Below are positions 46,847 through 58,281 of a stretch of 64,000 nt of DNA, piece by piece (the stretch's first letter is position 1; every line of letters starts with the position of its first letter). This DNA is from Zancudomyces culisetae HAW-14-8. Its lineage: Eukaryota > Fungi > Kickxellomycota. A program made the position numbers and the translations under genes. The stretch covers positions 682,001 through 746,000 of the forward strand of contig JBNJNM010000023.1 in assembly GCA_052426225.1 (NCBI GenBank). The letters run 5' to 3'. The notes under the pieces were generated by a model. The model worked only from the letters and a program-made list of their open reading frames with translations, was not told where the DNA came from and did not search any database.

Positions 46847-49800
46847 AATTTTATTAGTAGTTTATTTATATAAGAATAGTACCATAAAAAGTAGAAAATT
46901 AAATAATTCAAAAAACAAGTTTTTTATTAATATTAGTTTAAACAATAATAAAGATATTCATACATATGCACTGATTGACTCAGGAGCATCAGGAAACTTC
47001 ATGAATCTTGATTTTGCGATACATAATAAAATCAAAATGATCAGGAAAACCCATCCTTGCAGATTATTATTAGCAGATAATAGTAATTCTAGAGAAGGAT
47101 TAATCACACATGAAACAACGAGGTTACCAATAATGATAAATAGTTTTCAGGAAAAAATCAGCTTCAACTTAGTTAATAATCTCAGCAGCCCTATAATTCT
47201 CGGATTACCATGGTTACGTACAAACAATCCACAAATCAATTGGGAGAACCTCACCCTACAGTTAATAAGACCTGAACCGGTAGAGGAAATCAATAAAGCA
47301 ACCTGTACACCTGAACCTGAATTAATCCTACCCTCTAAGTACAAGGACTATCGTGATGTTTTTTCAAAGAAAAACTCGGACACACTACCGGAACTAAGAC
47401 CCTATGATTGCGAAATTCCACTCCAAGATAAAGATAAAATACCACCGTTCAAACCAATCTACAACCTATCTGGACCAGAACTAAAAGCTCTTGAAGAATA
47501 CATCAAAGAAAACCTACAAAAGGGTTTTATCAGACCAAGCAAATCACCTGCAGGTGCACCAATATTTTTTGTGAACAAGAAAGATGGAGAGCTAAGGCCG
47601 TGTGTGGACTACCGTGAACTCAATGAAATCACAGTCAAAAACAGATATCCGCTTCCACTTATCACAGAACTTCTAGATCGCTTATCATCAGCTAGAATAT
47701 TCACCAAGATCGATCTCAGGGGAGCCTACAATCTTGTTAGAATGAAGCCAGGTGAGGAATGGAAAACAGCATTCAGGTCTAGATACGGTCACTTTGAATA
47801 CTTAGTAATGCCTTTCGGTCTTACTAATGCTCCTGCGATATTCCAACACATGATGAACGACATTTTTCGTGACATGCTTGATATCTCGGTTATAATTTAT
47901 CTTGATGATATTTTAATCTTCTCACCAGATCAAGATACCCATACAAAACATGTCAAAGACGTACTAGTTCGGCTCCGGCAGCATGGACTATACGCCAAAC
48001 TCGAGAAAAGTCTATTTGATCAGAAATCGGTCGAATTCTTAGGCTTTGTCGTATCTGATAAAGGAATATCTATGAGCAAAGACAAAGTAATCAGTATCCT
48101 AGATTGGGAGACGCCAAAGAATGTAAAAGATGTCATGAGTTTTCTAGGATTTGCAAACTTTTACAGAAGATTTATCAGGGACTACTCCAAAGTAGCAAAA
48201 CCACTTACTAATCTCACCAAAAAGAACATCAAATTTGAATGGTCAGGAGAATGCAATACCGCTTTCAAAACCCTAAAGAACCTGATAACATCAGCTCCAA
48301 TACTACATCATGTCGATCCCAATCTACCGTTCACTCTAGAGACCGACGCTTCAGATTTTGCAATCGGAGCAGTTCTGACACAACCAGATCCAGAATCCAA
48401 CGACAAACAACATCCTGTAGCATTTTACTCCAGAAAGCTGGTAGACGCAGAAGTGAACTACGACGTTCATGACAAAGAACTTTTAGCCATTGTTGACTCT
48501 CTCAAGCATTGGAGACACTACCTATCAGGCGCAATTCACCCTATATCTATTTATTCCGATCATCGGAACCTAACCTTTTTCAGGTCAAAACGCATATTAA
48601 AACAAAGACATGCCAGATGGGCTGGTACCCTATCTGAGTATGACTTCAAACTTTGCTACAGACCAGGAGCTTTAAACCCTGTAGCAGATGCCTTGAGTCG
48701 GAGGACCGACTTGCTTCCTAAGGAGGGGGAACCCTACGCAAACCCACAAAAGTTTGAATGCACACTTCTCCCGCACAAATTATGGATAAATCAGGTCCAA
48801 ATTCAAAACGCCCGGATCAGAGAAATCAAGTCAGAATCAGAGAAACTGGAAATTCTAAAGGTCAGACATGATGCAGTTACCGCTGGACATCCAGGGCAGT
48901 TCAAGACATATAATCTAATTGCCAAAGACTTCTACTGGAAAGGAATGAGACAGTATATCAACAACTACATCAAAGGATGTGATACCTGTCAAAGAACCAA
49001 GCACTCCAGACACAAGCCTTATGGACTACTCACCCCGTTACCAATTCCAGAACGCCCATGGCAATTTACATCCATTGACTTTATAGTCAAACTCCCACGC
49101 TCAAATAACTTTGACTCTATCTTAGTTGTCGTCTGTAGACTAACTAAACAAGCACACTTCATTGCTTGCAATGAATCCATAGATGCCGCAAAGACTGCCA
49201 AGCTATATTTAGACAACATCTTTAAACATCACGGACTCCCAGAAGAGATAACCTCAGACAGAGGGCCACAGTTCAGATCCGCATTCTGGCAATCATTGAC
49301 AAAAATATTAGGAATCAAATCTAATCTTACTACAGCATACCACCCAGAAGCAAATGGTCAGGTTGAACGCGTAAATCAAACACTTGAACAGTATCTAAGA
49401 TGTTACACAACTTATAATCAGGACAATTGGGCTGAACTACTACCACTTGCAGAGTTTGCCTATAAAAACTCAACAAACAATAGCACCAAGCATACTCCAT
49501 TTTATGCTAACTCAGGCTACCATTCAAAAGCAGATCTTTTGAAGCTAAACAACTTCAGCACAAATGTACCTTCGTTGGAACAATGACTAAGTACAATCAA
49601 GAAGATTCAGGAAACAATAAAGGATAACCTAAATAACGCAGAAATACTCAAACAAAAAACGTAAAGATCAGGAATTCAAGATTAATGACATTTTATGGTT
49701 ATTCAGAAAAAACATCAAGACCACAAGACCATCAAGCAAACTGGACTACCAAATGCTAAGGTCTTTCAGGATATCCGATAAGATTAATCAGGTAGCATAC

Positions 49801-50078
49801 AAACTAGATCTTCCAGAACTATGAAATCTCATAATGTTTACCATGTCTCCCTATTGGAAAGATACTACAAGCCGACCATACCAGGACAGACACAAAGACC
49901 GCCAGAACCAATCATTGTTGATGATAATGAAGAATGGGAAGTAGATCATATCCTAGACAGAAAAATCAAAGGAAAAACAAGTATTACCTTATCAAGTGGA
50001 AAGGTTTCAATTATAACGACAACACATGGGAACCAGAATAAACCTAGTAAACAGTCAGGAGTTATTAAACGAATATGA
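46839..50078 (+). pseudogene. Pol of element C (PR-RT-RH-IN-chromodomain), with stop and frameshifts in the C-terminal part
   Basis: DSGA, YLDD, ETDASD, HHCC and DDE are present; stop at 49586. Frameshifted HNVYHVSLL and chromodomain EEWEVDHIL...YLIKWKGF...TWEP lie at about 49830-50040. Confidence 0.9.
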
Positions 50079-50626
50079 AGAGAGTCAGAAACAAACTCAT
50101 CTCGCAGAGCTCGATCTTAAAGAGGAGGATGATGTTATGAATAGAACGTAGTTCTATAATTTATTTTTAATTAATTTTATTTCTATTTTAGTTTAATTAA
50201 ATTAGTAAGTTGAATTTCCATATTAGTAAAGTTACATAAAAAGATTAAGTTAATCATGAAATTAATTAATACCAATTCGATTTTTTAGTAATTGTTAATA
50301 TTTTTCATAAACCAAAACAACCAAATGTTTAACATAACCCCAACATTGAAAATTATGAAACTAATCTAGGGTCAAACTCCTTGAATGTTTATCAAAGTAA
50401 GCAAATATTTTTTTTTTCAATAAACAAGGTCTTGCGACCTTGGTTAATTTTTATGAAAATTTCGCTGACGAAAAAGAATATAAACCCAACGAAATTCGTT
50501 GTGAAAATCGTCAGTGAAAAATATTCACTTTAGTTTAATAAAGTAAATATTTTTCTTAAATAAAGTTCATTAAATAAAATATATCTAGTTCTAACATAAA
50601 TGCACGCGCCTTTTAGGTCAACTTAC

Positions 50627-51087
50627 TGTTAGAACTAGATTTATTTTATTTATTGAACTTGATTTAAGAAAAATATTAACTTTATTAAACTAAAGAGAAT
50701 ATTTTTCACTGACGATTTTCACAACGAATTTCGTTGGGTTTATATTCTTTTTCGTCAGAAAAAATTTCATGAAAAAAACCTAGGTAGCAAGACCTTGTTT
50801 ATCGAAGAAAAAATATTTTCTTACTTCGATAACCATTCAAGGAGTTTGACCCTTGACTAGTTTCATAATTTTCAATGTTGGGGTTATGTTCAACATTTGG
50901 TTGTTTTGGTTTATGAAAAATATTAACAATTACTAAAAAATCGAATTGGTATTAATTAATTTCATGATTAACTTAATTTTTTTATGTAACTTTACTAAAA
51001 TAGAAATTCAACTTACTAATTTAATTAAACTAAAATAGAAATAAAATTAAATAAAAATAAATTATAGAACTACATTCTATTCATTCA
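50627..51087 (-). mobile_element. Solo LTR of family C, inverted
   Basis: Reverse complement of the element C LTR; flanks CTTAC / AGAAA. Confidence 0.92.
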
Positions 51088-51325
51088 AGAAACAGAACTA
51101 AAAACTTTTAGTCAATACCTTAAGGATATCCTGGAATAAGGCATTATCCTCTCTTCTTCGTCACCAGTTGGCGCCCCAATTAAATACGTAAAGAATAAGA
51201 AAGAACTCTACGACTCTGTGTAGATTATCGCGAATTAATTAAAATATCAATTATAAAGACGTTATCACTGCCATTCATAGGCGAAATAATATTTTGGCTC
51301 AGACTTGCTAAAATCTATACGTAAG

Positions 51326-51788
51326 TGTTATGAATAGAATGTAGTTCTATAATTTATTTTTATTTAATTTTATTTCTATTTTAGTTTAATTAAATTAGTA
51401 AGTTGAATTTCCATATTAGTAAAGTTACATAAAAAAATTAAGTTAATCATGAAATTAATTAATACCAATTCGATTTTTAAGTAATTGTTAATATTTTTCA
51501 TAAACCAAAACAACCAAATGTTGAACATAACCCCAACATTGAAAATTATGAAACTAGTCAAGGGTCAAACTCCTTGAATGTTTATCAAAGTAAGCAAATA
51601 TTTTTTTTTTCAATAAACAAGGTCTTGCGACCTTGGTTTTTTTCATGAAATTTTCGCTGACGAAAAAGTATATAAACCCAACGAAATTCGTTGTGAAAAT
51701 CGTCAGTGAAAAATATTCATTTTAGTTTAATAAAGTAAATATTTTTCTTAAATCAAGTTCTATTAATAAAATAAATCAAGTTATAACA
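51326..51788 (+). mobile_element. Solo LTR of family C
   Basis: Direct copy of the element C LTR; flanks GTAAG / TTTCT. Confidence 0.92.
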
Positions 51789-51974
51789 TTTCTGAAAAAA
51801 AATTTGAGGGACCAAGCGGAGTTTGTGAGTTTGAGTTTATGAGAATAATATGATTAGGTACGAAGAGGGGGTAGTTGGTCGGAAGTTACTTTGTCAAATA
51901 CATCTTTAAAAAATGTACAATCATCAGGAATTAATACGTTTGCATTGGTATTTGATCCAGGATATACAGCTACT

Positions 51975-52364
51975 TGTCTTGATCCATTCATGACATTATT
52001 TCTATTTTTATATGTTAAAAAAAATTTCAAATTTAAATTACTAAAATTGTCACCGCTTTAATTCTTACTACGTAAATTTGAATTATAGATTAAGGATTAA
52101 TTTATAATATTTTGAGGTAATACCAAATTAGAACAAGTATTAACTATGGAGTTGACAAAATTTATAAACTAGTTAATTAGTTATAGAATAAGTATAGTTT
52201 TTTAGGAAGAATACAAGTATTTTTAAAACTTGTAAAACTATATTAACACAAGAATTGTATTGCTATAGTTTCCTAAAGCAATTTAATACTTTTCATCTCA
52301 TAGTATTCTATTTGAATATATCATAGTCAAGTAAACTTATATTGCTTTGTGTCAAGTCGTGCCA
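51975..52364. mobile_element. Degenerate solo LTR, inverted homolog of 44678-45066
   Basis: The reverse complement aligns along its length (tgactatgat...ctatgagatgaa...catgaatggatcaa). No intact TSD. Confidence 0.78.
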
Positions 52365-53689
52365 GCAATTTTGATACTCATCGTAGTAGTGTAATAATTT
52401 TAAGGAGACAAAGCTAAACTATCCAATAATAATAATACAGGTAGTAAATCTGGCAAGAAACATCTGCTATATAATGAGACCTGAAAGGAAAAGCGGCACG
52501 TTAGCATTTCTTTACCAAATATACTCTATTATTATTATTTTAAACTATTTGTGATGATTATAGTGTTTAGTTCATATCATATGTGTTATAACTCTCGTAC
52601 CCCATATAAGATAATATATTCTTTTTAATATTAAACTCATGTAATAATATTCACACATGATATGTTATTAAAATATTGAATATAATAATTTTTTAAAAAT
52701 TTATGTGAAATTATTTAGCCCTCAAGTATAATCAAATATATATTATAATACTTATCCAAAATAGTATAATTAATACCATCGTATTAGGATACTGGTTTAA
52801 ATATAATCTACCAACCTTAATATAATATCATATTAAAATAACGTCAATAACATTATTTTAATATTAATGTTATTTTCTCTATAATGTATATGAATGTAAA
52901 ACATAAACAATATGGTATCAAAGGCAAATTAATTAAAATTTTTATAAAAGATATAAAAATTATCAAAATAACTTGGTGATCCTGTAATATATAGTAGATG
53001 TAATAAGTTATCTGATATATTTTTCAGCTAATGTGATGGCTGAGTTTGGTATAGCACTGATTGTGTCAGTTATACTCAGGTCTCGGATCACTTAACTAGT
53101 TCTGTTTGCCGTAATATGAATGTTTTTAATAACTTTTATTATTGTTGTAATAATAATAAAACACTAAGTAAACTATCTCAATGTAGTGTTAATTTCAATT
53201 ACTAAGTATGTAAAAAACGTATATGTAAAGTATATTCTGTTAAGAAAGGCTAAAGATGTTTGTTTTCGTTGTCCGCTTCGCTTTTATTTTACTGATCGTT
53301 CAGATATTCAGCTTTACTATTATAAATATTTAAATATAAAATAACTACAAGTTAATTGGTAGTTATATCATGCTAAGGAATCGCAATTAATTCGCTAGCA
53401 AAAAGTATGTAGCCGTTATACTACAATACCCCCCGCTTTATTTCGAAGTGTCCTCATCTCGAATCTCGAAACTTCAATTTCGATTCCTAATCTCCTATAC
53501 TCCGCTTTTCAAAGCCCATTTCGATAATCTCGAATCTCGTTGTTCCAATTTCGTATTAATGTTACTTCATTTCTCCGTTTATGTTTTCCATATCGTTAAT
53601 CTCGCCCTAAATTCTGTTAAAATAAAGTATATATTAATGTTTTTGGATTATTATATTTTATGATTTTTATGTTGTAGCTTTGTTTAATT

Positions 53690-53810
53690 TTCTGATTTTT
53701 ATCAATTCGATTTTTTGTCTTTTCTGATTTTTTTTCCAATTCGATTTTTTGTCTTTTCTGATTTTTATCATGTCGTTTCGTGTTTTCTGATTTTTATCAA
53801 TTCGATTATT
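53690..53810. repeat. About 32-bp tandem repeat x4 in the 3' UTR of element D
   Basis: TTCTGATTTTTATCAATTCGATTTTTTGTCTT-like units at about 53690, 53722, 53756 and 53785. Confidence 0.8.
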
Positions 53811-53868
53811 ATTATTTTTTTTTTCTTATCAATTTTCGAACATTTCAAGTAAATAAATAATTAATTGG

Positions 53869-56800
53869 CTAATTTGAATCGTGAAATAATTTAATAGTAT
53901 CGCCATTGACTAGTTCGCTATTTCCTTCGCTATCGACAATTACGTATGTTCCGTTTATCAAAATTTTTTCGACTTTGTACGGCCCTTTCCAAATTCTTTG
54001 AAATTTCGTTTTTTCGCCTTCGATGTACTTCAAAACAATGTCGTTTTTCTTAAATAATTTTTCTTTCACTTTTTTGTCGTAGTATCCTTTTTGTTTCAAC
54101 TTCTTTACTTTCGAATTTTCCAAACCTAGTTCTCGAATTTCCTTTAATCCAGTGCTAAGGAATTCGATCCTATGGTGCACTAACTCGTTCCTTGTGTCGA
54201 TTAGATTGGCAGGAGTCCAGTTGTGTGCCATAGTCAGGTCCTTACCATAGAGTAGTTCTGCCGGTGTGAAGCCAGTTGTCTTGCTGCTCAGTGTCCGTAG
54301 TATTAGCAGTGTCTTCCAAAGGTAGGTATCCCAGTTAAGGTAGTCTTCATCTATTTGTTTCGACATTATTGACTTTATAGACCTGTTTAATCGTTCGACC
54401 TGTCCGTTGCTCTGAGGTCGATAACCTGAGGTGGGTGCATGCTTTATGCCCAACCACTTGTATACTGCCTTGGTTGCTTCGGACATGAAACTTGAACCTT
54501 GGTCTGTAACTAATTGAGTCGGGACTCCATAGTCCATTACTATTTTATATATAATGAAATTAATTATGGTGCTACTTAATAGATTCGGAACTGGTAAGGC
54601 TACTGGCCATTTGGTGCAGTAGTCTATCGCAGTTAGTATGTAGCGGTTTCCGCTCTTTGAAACTGGGTTAATTGGACCCATGGCGTCTATTCCCCATATT
54701 TCGAATGGGCGGTTTCCTTCAACGGTTGTTAGGTAATCTTTTTTGCTTTTATTTCCTTTATACAGTTGACAAACTTCACAACTTTTTACTATATCTTTCG
54801 TTATTTTGAATAAATTCTTTCCATGAAACAATTGTTTAATTCGGTTATAAGTGTTTTCTACGCCTTCGTGCGTCTCGAAATGCACTTTATATATTTCTTC
54901 GCTTGCGTTATCCGTATTTAATACCTGCTTTTCAGTATTTCCGATTTTTATATATAATGATCCGTCCTTAAGGAAATATCGCTTCGTATTTTGAACTCTG
55001 GTATATGTTCTAGTATCGTCCTGGGAATTTGGTAAATTATTTGGATTTAGAATATCATTCATTATTTTATTATATTCACTTATCTCAAGACAATTTAGAT
55101 CTCTAAATTCTGCTGCGGAATCGTTTTCGTCTGATAATATTTCGGTTGGCAATCTGGATAAACTGTCTGCTGGGTTTTTCTTTCCTGGTAGGTGCTGAAT
55201 CTCATAATCGTAGTTGCGTAGTAGCATGGCCCATCTAGCTACTCTTCCCGTAAGTTCTTTTCCGTTAAACAGATTTAACAAGCTTTTATGGTCTGTTTTT
55301 ATTATAAACCTTCGGCCCCATACAAAATATTTAAATTTAACTACAGCCCAAACGACAGCTAACCCTTCTAGGTGACTGATTGAGTAATTTCTCTCATGTT
55401 TGGTTGTTTTTCTACTTATATATGCAATAGGGCGATCTCCCGAATCGTACTCTTGAGAGAGTATTGCTCCGATTCCGTCTATCGATGCGTCAGTCGTAAC
55501 GGTAAATGTTTTGTTCCAGTCAGGGTGTGCTAACACCGGTGCGTCGAGCAGTGCTTGTTTAAGCTGATCCAGTGCTTTTTCTTCGTTTTCTGACCATGTC
55601 CACTCTTTATTCTTCTTCAGCAAGTTAGTTAAAGGTAAACATATTTTACTATAGTTATATATAAACTTCCTGTAATATCCTGTTAATCCCAATATTGATT
55701 GTACTTCTTTAACATTCTTAGGAGATTCTAATTTTTTAACTGCTGCTAGTTTATCTTCACAGGTGCTTATCCCTTCCTTTGAAATCCTGTGTCCCAGGTA
55801 AGTTATTTCATCCTTTCCTAAAACACATTTGTCTTTGTGAAGCTGAATGTTTCTTGCCTGTAATAACTTAAATACTTGTTCTAAATCTTCTAAATGCTGT
55901 TTCATGTTCTTCGAATAGATTATAATGTCGTCGACAAATACAATAGCACAGGACCACAGAACTGAATGTAAGACCTCTTCCATAACCCGTTGAAATGTAG
56001 CCGGGCTGTTGGTTAAACCAAACGGCATTACATTGTATATATAACTTCCTCCTCCAGGGATAGCAAACGCTGTCTTATCTCTGTCTTCTCTACTCATAGG
56101 TATCTGCCAGAAGCCTGACATAGCATCCAAGCTGCTGAAAACCGTCGCTCCGGACAATGCCATGAAAATGTCGTCAATGACTGGCAACGGGTAAGTATCC
56201 TTCTTTGTAATACTATTTAATTTCCTATAATCTGCACACACTCGAAGCTTACCGTTTTTCTTTGTTACTACTACCACAGGTGAGCACCATGGTGAAGAGG
56301 CTGGTGAGATGATTCCATGCTGTTCCATAAGCTCCAGTTCTTTCCGCACTAGCTGCTGTTTTGCCTGAGGTATCCTGTATGGCCGCTGTTTTATTGGTAT
56401 CTCTTCGGTAAGTATAATTTTGTGTTCGGTTGTATCCGACTGCTTTAATTCTTCCAGTTCGTTTACAAACATCCCTTTATACTGTTGAACTAACTTTATT
56501 ATTCTCTCATCTGTATCTACTAAACTATTATCAACTTCAATGTATTTCTCTTTAACTATAGCATAAAGTTCGGATTCGTCGTAGCTTGTCAGTACTGTTG
56601 CCTTTGAAGTTTTTAATGGTAAGTGAACGGAAAGCTCTCCATTTGAAATTATTAGTTGTGATATTTCAAGATCTATAGTTGCTTTGTGTCTGACTAACCA
56701 GTCGGTACCCAATATTAACGATTGATCATGTCTTTCCATTACAGTTAGATCCGCGTTAAATATTTGCTTTCCTATCCTTATAGGCACGTCCAATACCTTT

Positions 56801-58281
56801 CCCAACGATGCGTGTTTACTTCCGTCTGCAGTGATGATCATCTGACTAGAATCCTGCTCTACCTCAAGTCCCCAATTCTCGACTAACTCGGGAGTGGCAA
56901 CTGAACACGCTGCACCCGTATCCAGAATGGTCTTCACTTCTTGTCCGAATATTTCCACGGTAACCTTACAATTACTAGTTTTTGTCTCCTTATATTTTAT
57001 TTCGTTTACCTCTTTATCCTCTACTCGTTTGCACAGGTTTGCCATTTCCTTTGCGAGTTTTGGTGAGGCTTCTAGTAATTGTATCATACTAATTTTAGGG
57101 TATACCGCTCCTAAATCTTCCTTGAGTGAGTAACTGTCTGTGTTTTCTGCCGCTTTAATCGTGTATTTCTTCTTTGTATACGCTTTGGCTTTCGAATCTG
57201 ATTCTCGACTTCTTAATGTAGGTGCTTTCTTCATTTCGATCTCTTTAATTGTTTTATATGGTTTTATAACTTTTGTATTTTTTATTCTATTTTCTTTTGG
57301 TTTAACTTCAAATTTATTAATATTATTATTTAAATATTCCTTTTTTTTATAGGGTCCGATGGCAGGTTTATTTTTATCCACGCGGTCTGCTCCAAAAACT
57401 TCATCACAGCTAACATCTTCGACCTCGATACAGTTTAAATCATCCGAGTCTTCACTGCTTGTGTCCTCCTCTGTATCTCTTTGAACTAGATGTCTGCATT
57501 CATACCTTCGGTGTCCTTTCCTTCCACAGTGGTAGCATGTGGGTATAAAACGATCATGGTAAGTTCTCCCTCTTGTATTATTAAATCTCCTATCAACCGC
57601 CTCATCTACTTTATTCATGACATTTACACTTAGCTTTTCAAACTGCTTCATCATGTCATTATAGTCATTGTCCTGCTTTGCCTTTTCCCGCATCTTATTT
57701 CGCTGCTCAAACTTTTCTTTGCTATCCTGAAATCTTTTCCTGGCCTCATTCAATCTGTCTTTGGAACTAAGTGGCTTCGGTTTTACTGGCTTCGGTTTTA
57801 CTGCTTCTTTAATCTTTTCCGACTTCCCAATTAGCTTAATTGCATCTGCCCATTTCTTATTATCTGACTCTAACACCTTGCGCTTGTTCTTCTCACTTAG
57901 TGCGTTCATCAAACAGTTCCATTTGACACCTTCATCTGTTACTTCTGCCTTCTCAAACAATTCCTCTAGTTCTAACTCAAAGTCTTCAACTGAGGCAAAA
58001 TCTTCCTGTTTGATCATCTGAATTTTCTTCCAGTATACAAAATTCATCTCTTTGCTTGAATATTTCTCTGTAAACTTGGTAACCAGAGTATCCCAGTCTT
58101 TAAACTCTTTAGTGTTTTTCTTGTACCATTGTAATTCTTTCTTTCCTAAATAAAGCTGAATCAACTCAATAGCATCGGTATCTGACCATTTGTTTACTTT
58201 AGCTATTAATTTATATCTGTAAATCCACTCATTTGGATCTAATGAACCTTGAGCCTCAAATATGACAGGCTTTTCCATCAT
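53869..58281 (-). CDS. Intact single-ORF Gag-Pol of element D
   Basis: CYHCGRKGHRRYEC, DTGA, FVDD, TDAS, HHCC/DDE and GPY motifs; the ORF ends IKLFHDSN*. Confidence 0.97.
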   Translation of the reverse strand: MMEKPVIFEAQGSLDPNEWIYRYKLIAKVNKWSDTDAIELIQLYLGKKELQWYKKNTKEFKDWDTLVTKFTEKYSSKEMNFVYWKKIQMIKQEDFASVEDFELELEELFEKAEVTDEGVKWNCLMNALSEKNKRKVLESDNKKWADAIKLIGKSEKIKEAVKPKPVKPKPLSSKDRLNEARKRFQDSKEKFEQRNKMREKAKQDNDYNDMMKQFEKLSVNVMNKVDEAVDRRFNNTRGRTYHDRFIPTCYHCGRKGHRRYECRHLVQRDTEEDTSSEDSDDLNCIEVEDVSCDEVFGADRVDKNKPAIGPYKKKEYLNNNINKFEVKPKENRIKNTKVIKPYKTIKEIEMKKAPTLRSRESDSKAKAYTKKKYTIKAAENTDSYSLKEDLGAVYPKISMIQLLEASPKLAKEMANLCKRVEDKEVNEIKYKETKTSNCKVTVEIFGQEVKTILDTGAACSVATPELVENWGLEVEQDSSQMIITADGSKHASLGKVLDVPIRIGKQIFNADLTVMERHDQSLILGTDWLVRHKATIDLEISQLIISNGELSVHLPLKTSKATVLTSYDESELYAIVKEKYIEVDNSLVDTDERIIKLVQQYKGMFVNELEELKQSDTTEHKIILTEEIPIKQRPYRIPQAKQQLVRKELELMEQHGIISPASSPWCSPVVVVTKKNGKLRVCADYRKLNSITKKDTYPLPVIDDIFMALSGATVFSSLDAMSGFWQIPMSREDRDKTAFAIPGGGSYIYNVMPFGLTNSPATFQRVMEEVLHSVLWSCAIVFVDDIIIYSKNMKQHLEDLEQVFKLLQARNIQLHKDKCVLGKDEITYLGHRISKEGISTCEDKLAAVKKLESPKNVKEVQSILGLTGYYRKFIYNYSKICLPLTNLLKKNKEWTWSENEEKALDQLKQALLDAPVLAHPDWNKTFTVTTDASIDGIGAILSQEYDSGDRPIAYISRKTTKHERNYSISHLEGLAVVWAVVKFKYFVWGRRFIIKTDHKSLLNLFNGKELTGRVARWAMLLRNYDYEIQHLPGKKNPADSLSRLPTEILSDENDSAAEFRDLNCLEISEYNKIMNDILNPNNLPNSQDDTRTYTRVQNTKRYFLKDGSLYIKIGNTEKQVLNTDNASEEIYKVHFETHEGVENTYNRIKQLFHGKNLFKITKDIVKSCEVCQLYKGNKSKKDYLTTVEGNRPFEIWGIDAMGPINPVSKSGNRYILTAIDYCTKWPVALPVPNLLSSTIINFIIYKIVMDYGVPTQLVTDQGSSFMSEATKAVYKWLGIKHAPTSGYRPQSNGQVERLNRSIKSIMSKQIDEDYLNWDTYLWKTLLILRTLSSKTTGFTPAELLYGKDLTMAHNWTPANLIDTRNELVHHRIEFLSTGLKEIRELGLENSKVKKLKQKGYYDKKVKEKLFKKNDIVLKYIEGEKTKFQRIWKGPYKVEKILINGTYVIVDSEGNSELVNGDTIKLFHDSN

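Larger units (their letters stand above)
45393..50596 (+). mobile_element. Full-length chromovirus (Tf1/sushi-like) element C; LTRs 45393-45855 and 50133-50596; TSD TAAAT
   Basis: LTRs about 93% identical with TGTTA...TAACA termini; PPT AAAGAGGAGGATGA; TAAAT at 45388-45392 and 50597-50601. Confidence 0.96.
43498..51974 (-). pseudogene. Old decayed chromovirus-like pol, fragmented by later insertions; pieces 43498-44677, 45067-45392, 50597-50626, 51088-51325 (inverted), 51789-51974
   Basis: Remnants FKDVFDKVTSDQLPPLR, SSSPVGAP, LCVDYREL, DLKGA, FGLCNAPASF, VYLDDI, IEIDASGFAIGGV and PWTSISMD, with many stops and frameshifts. Confidence 0.85.

Noticed and set aside
44678-52364. Large DNA transposon bounded by ~390-bp terminal inverted repeats
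   Set aside because: The left repeat has its own TSD (GCTGA) and TG..CA ends, and there is no transposase or shared outer TSD. These are two independent solo LTRs.
43498-52364. RIP (repeat-induced point mutation)
   Set aside because: LTR differences are not dominated by C->T/G->A in a fixed context, and intact multi-copy ORFs persist.
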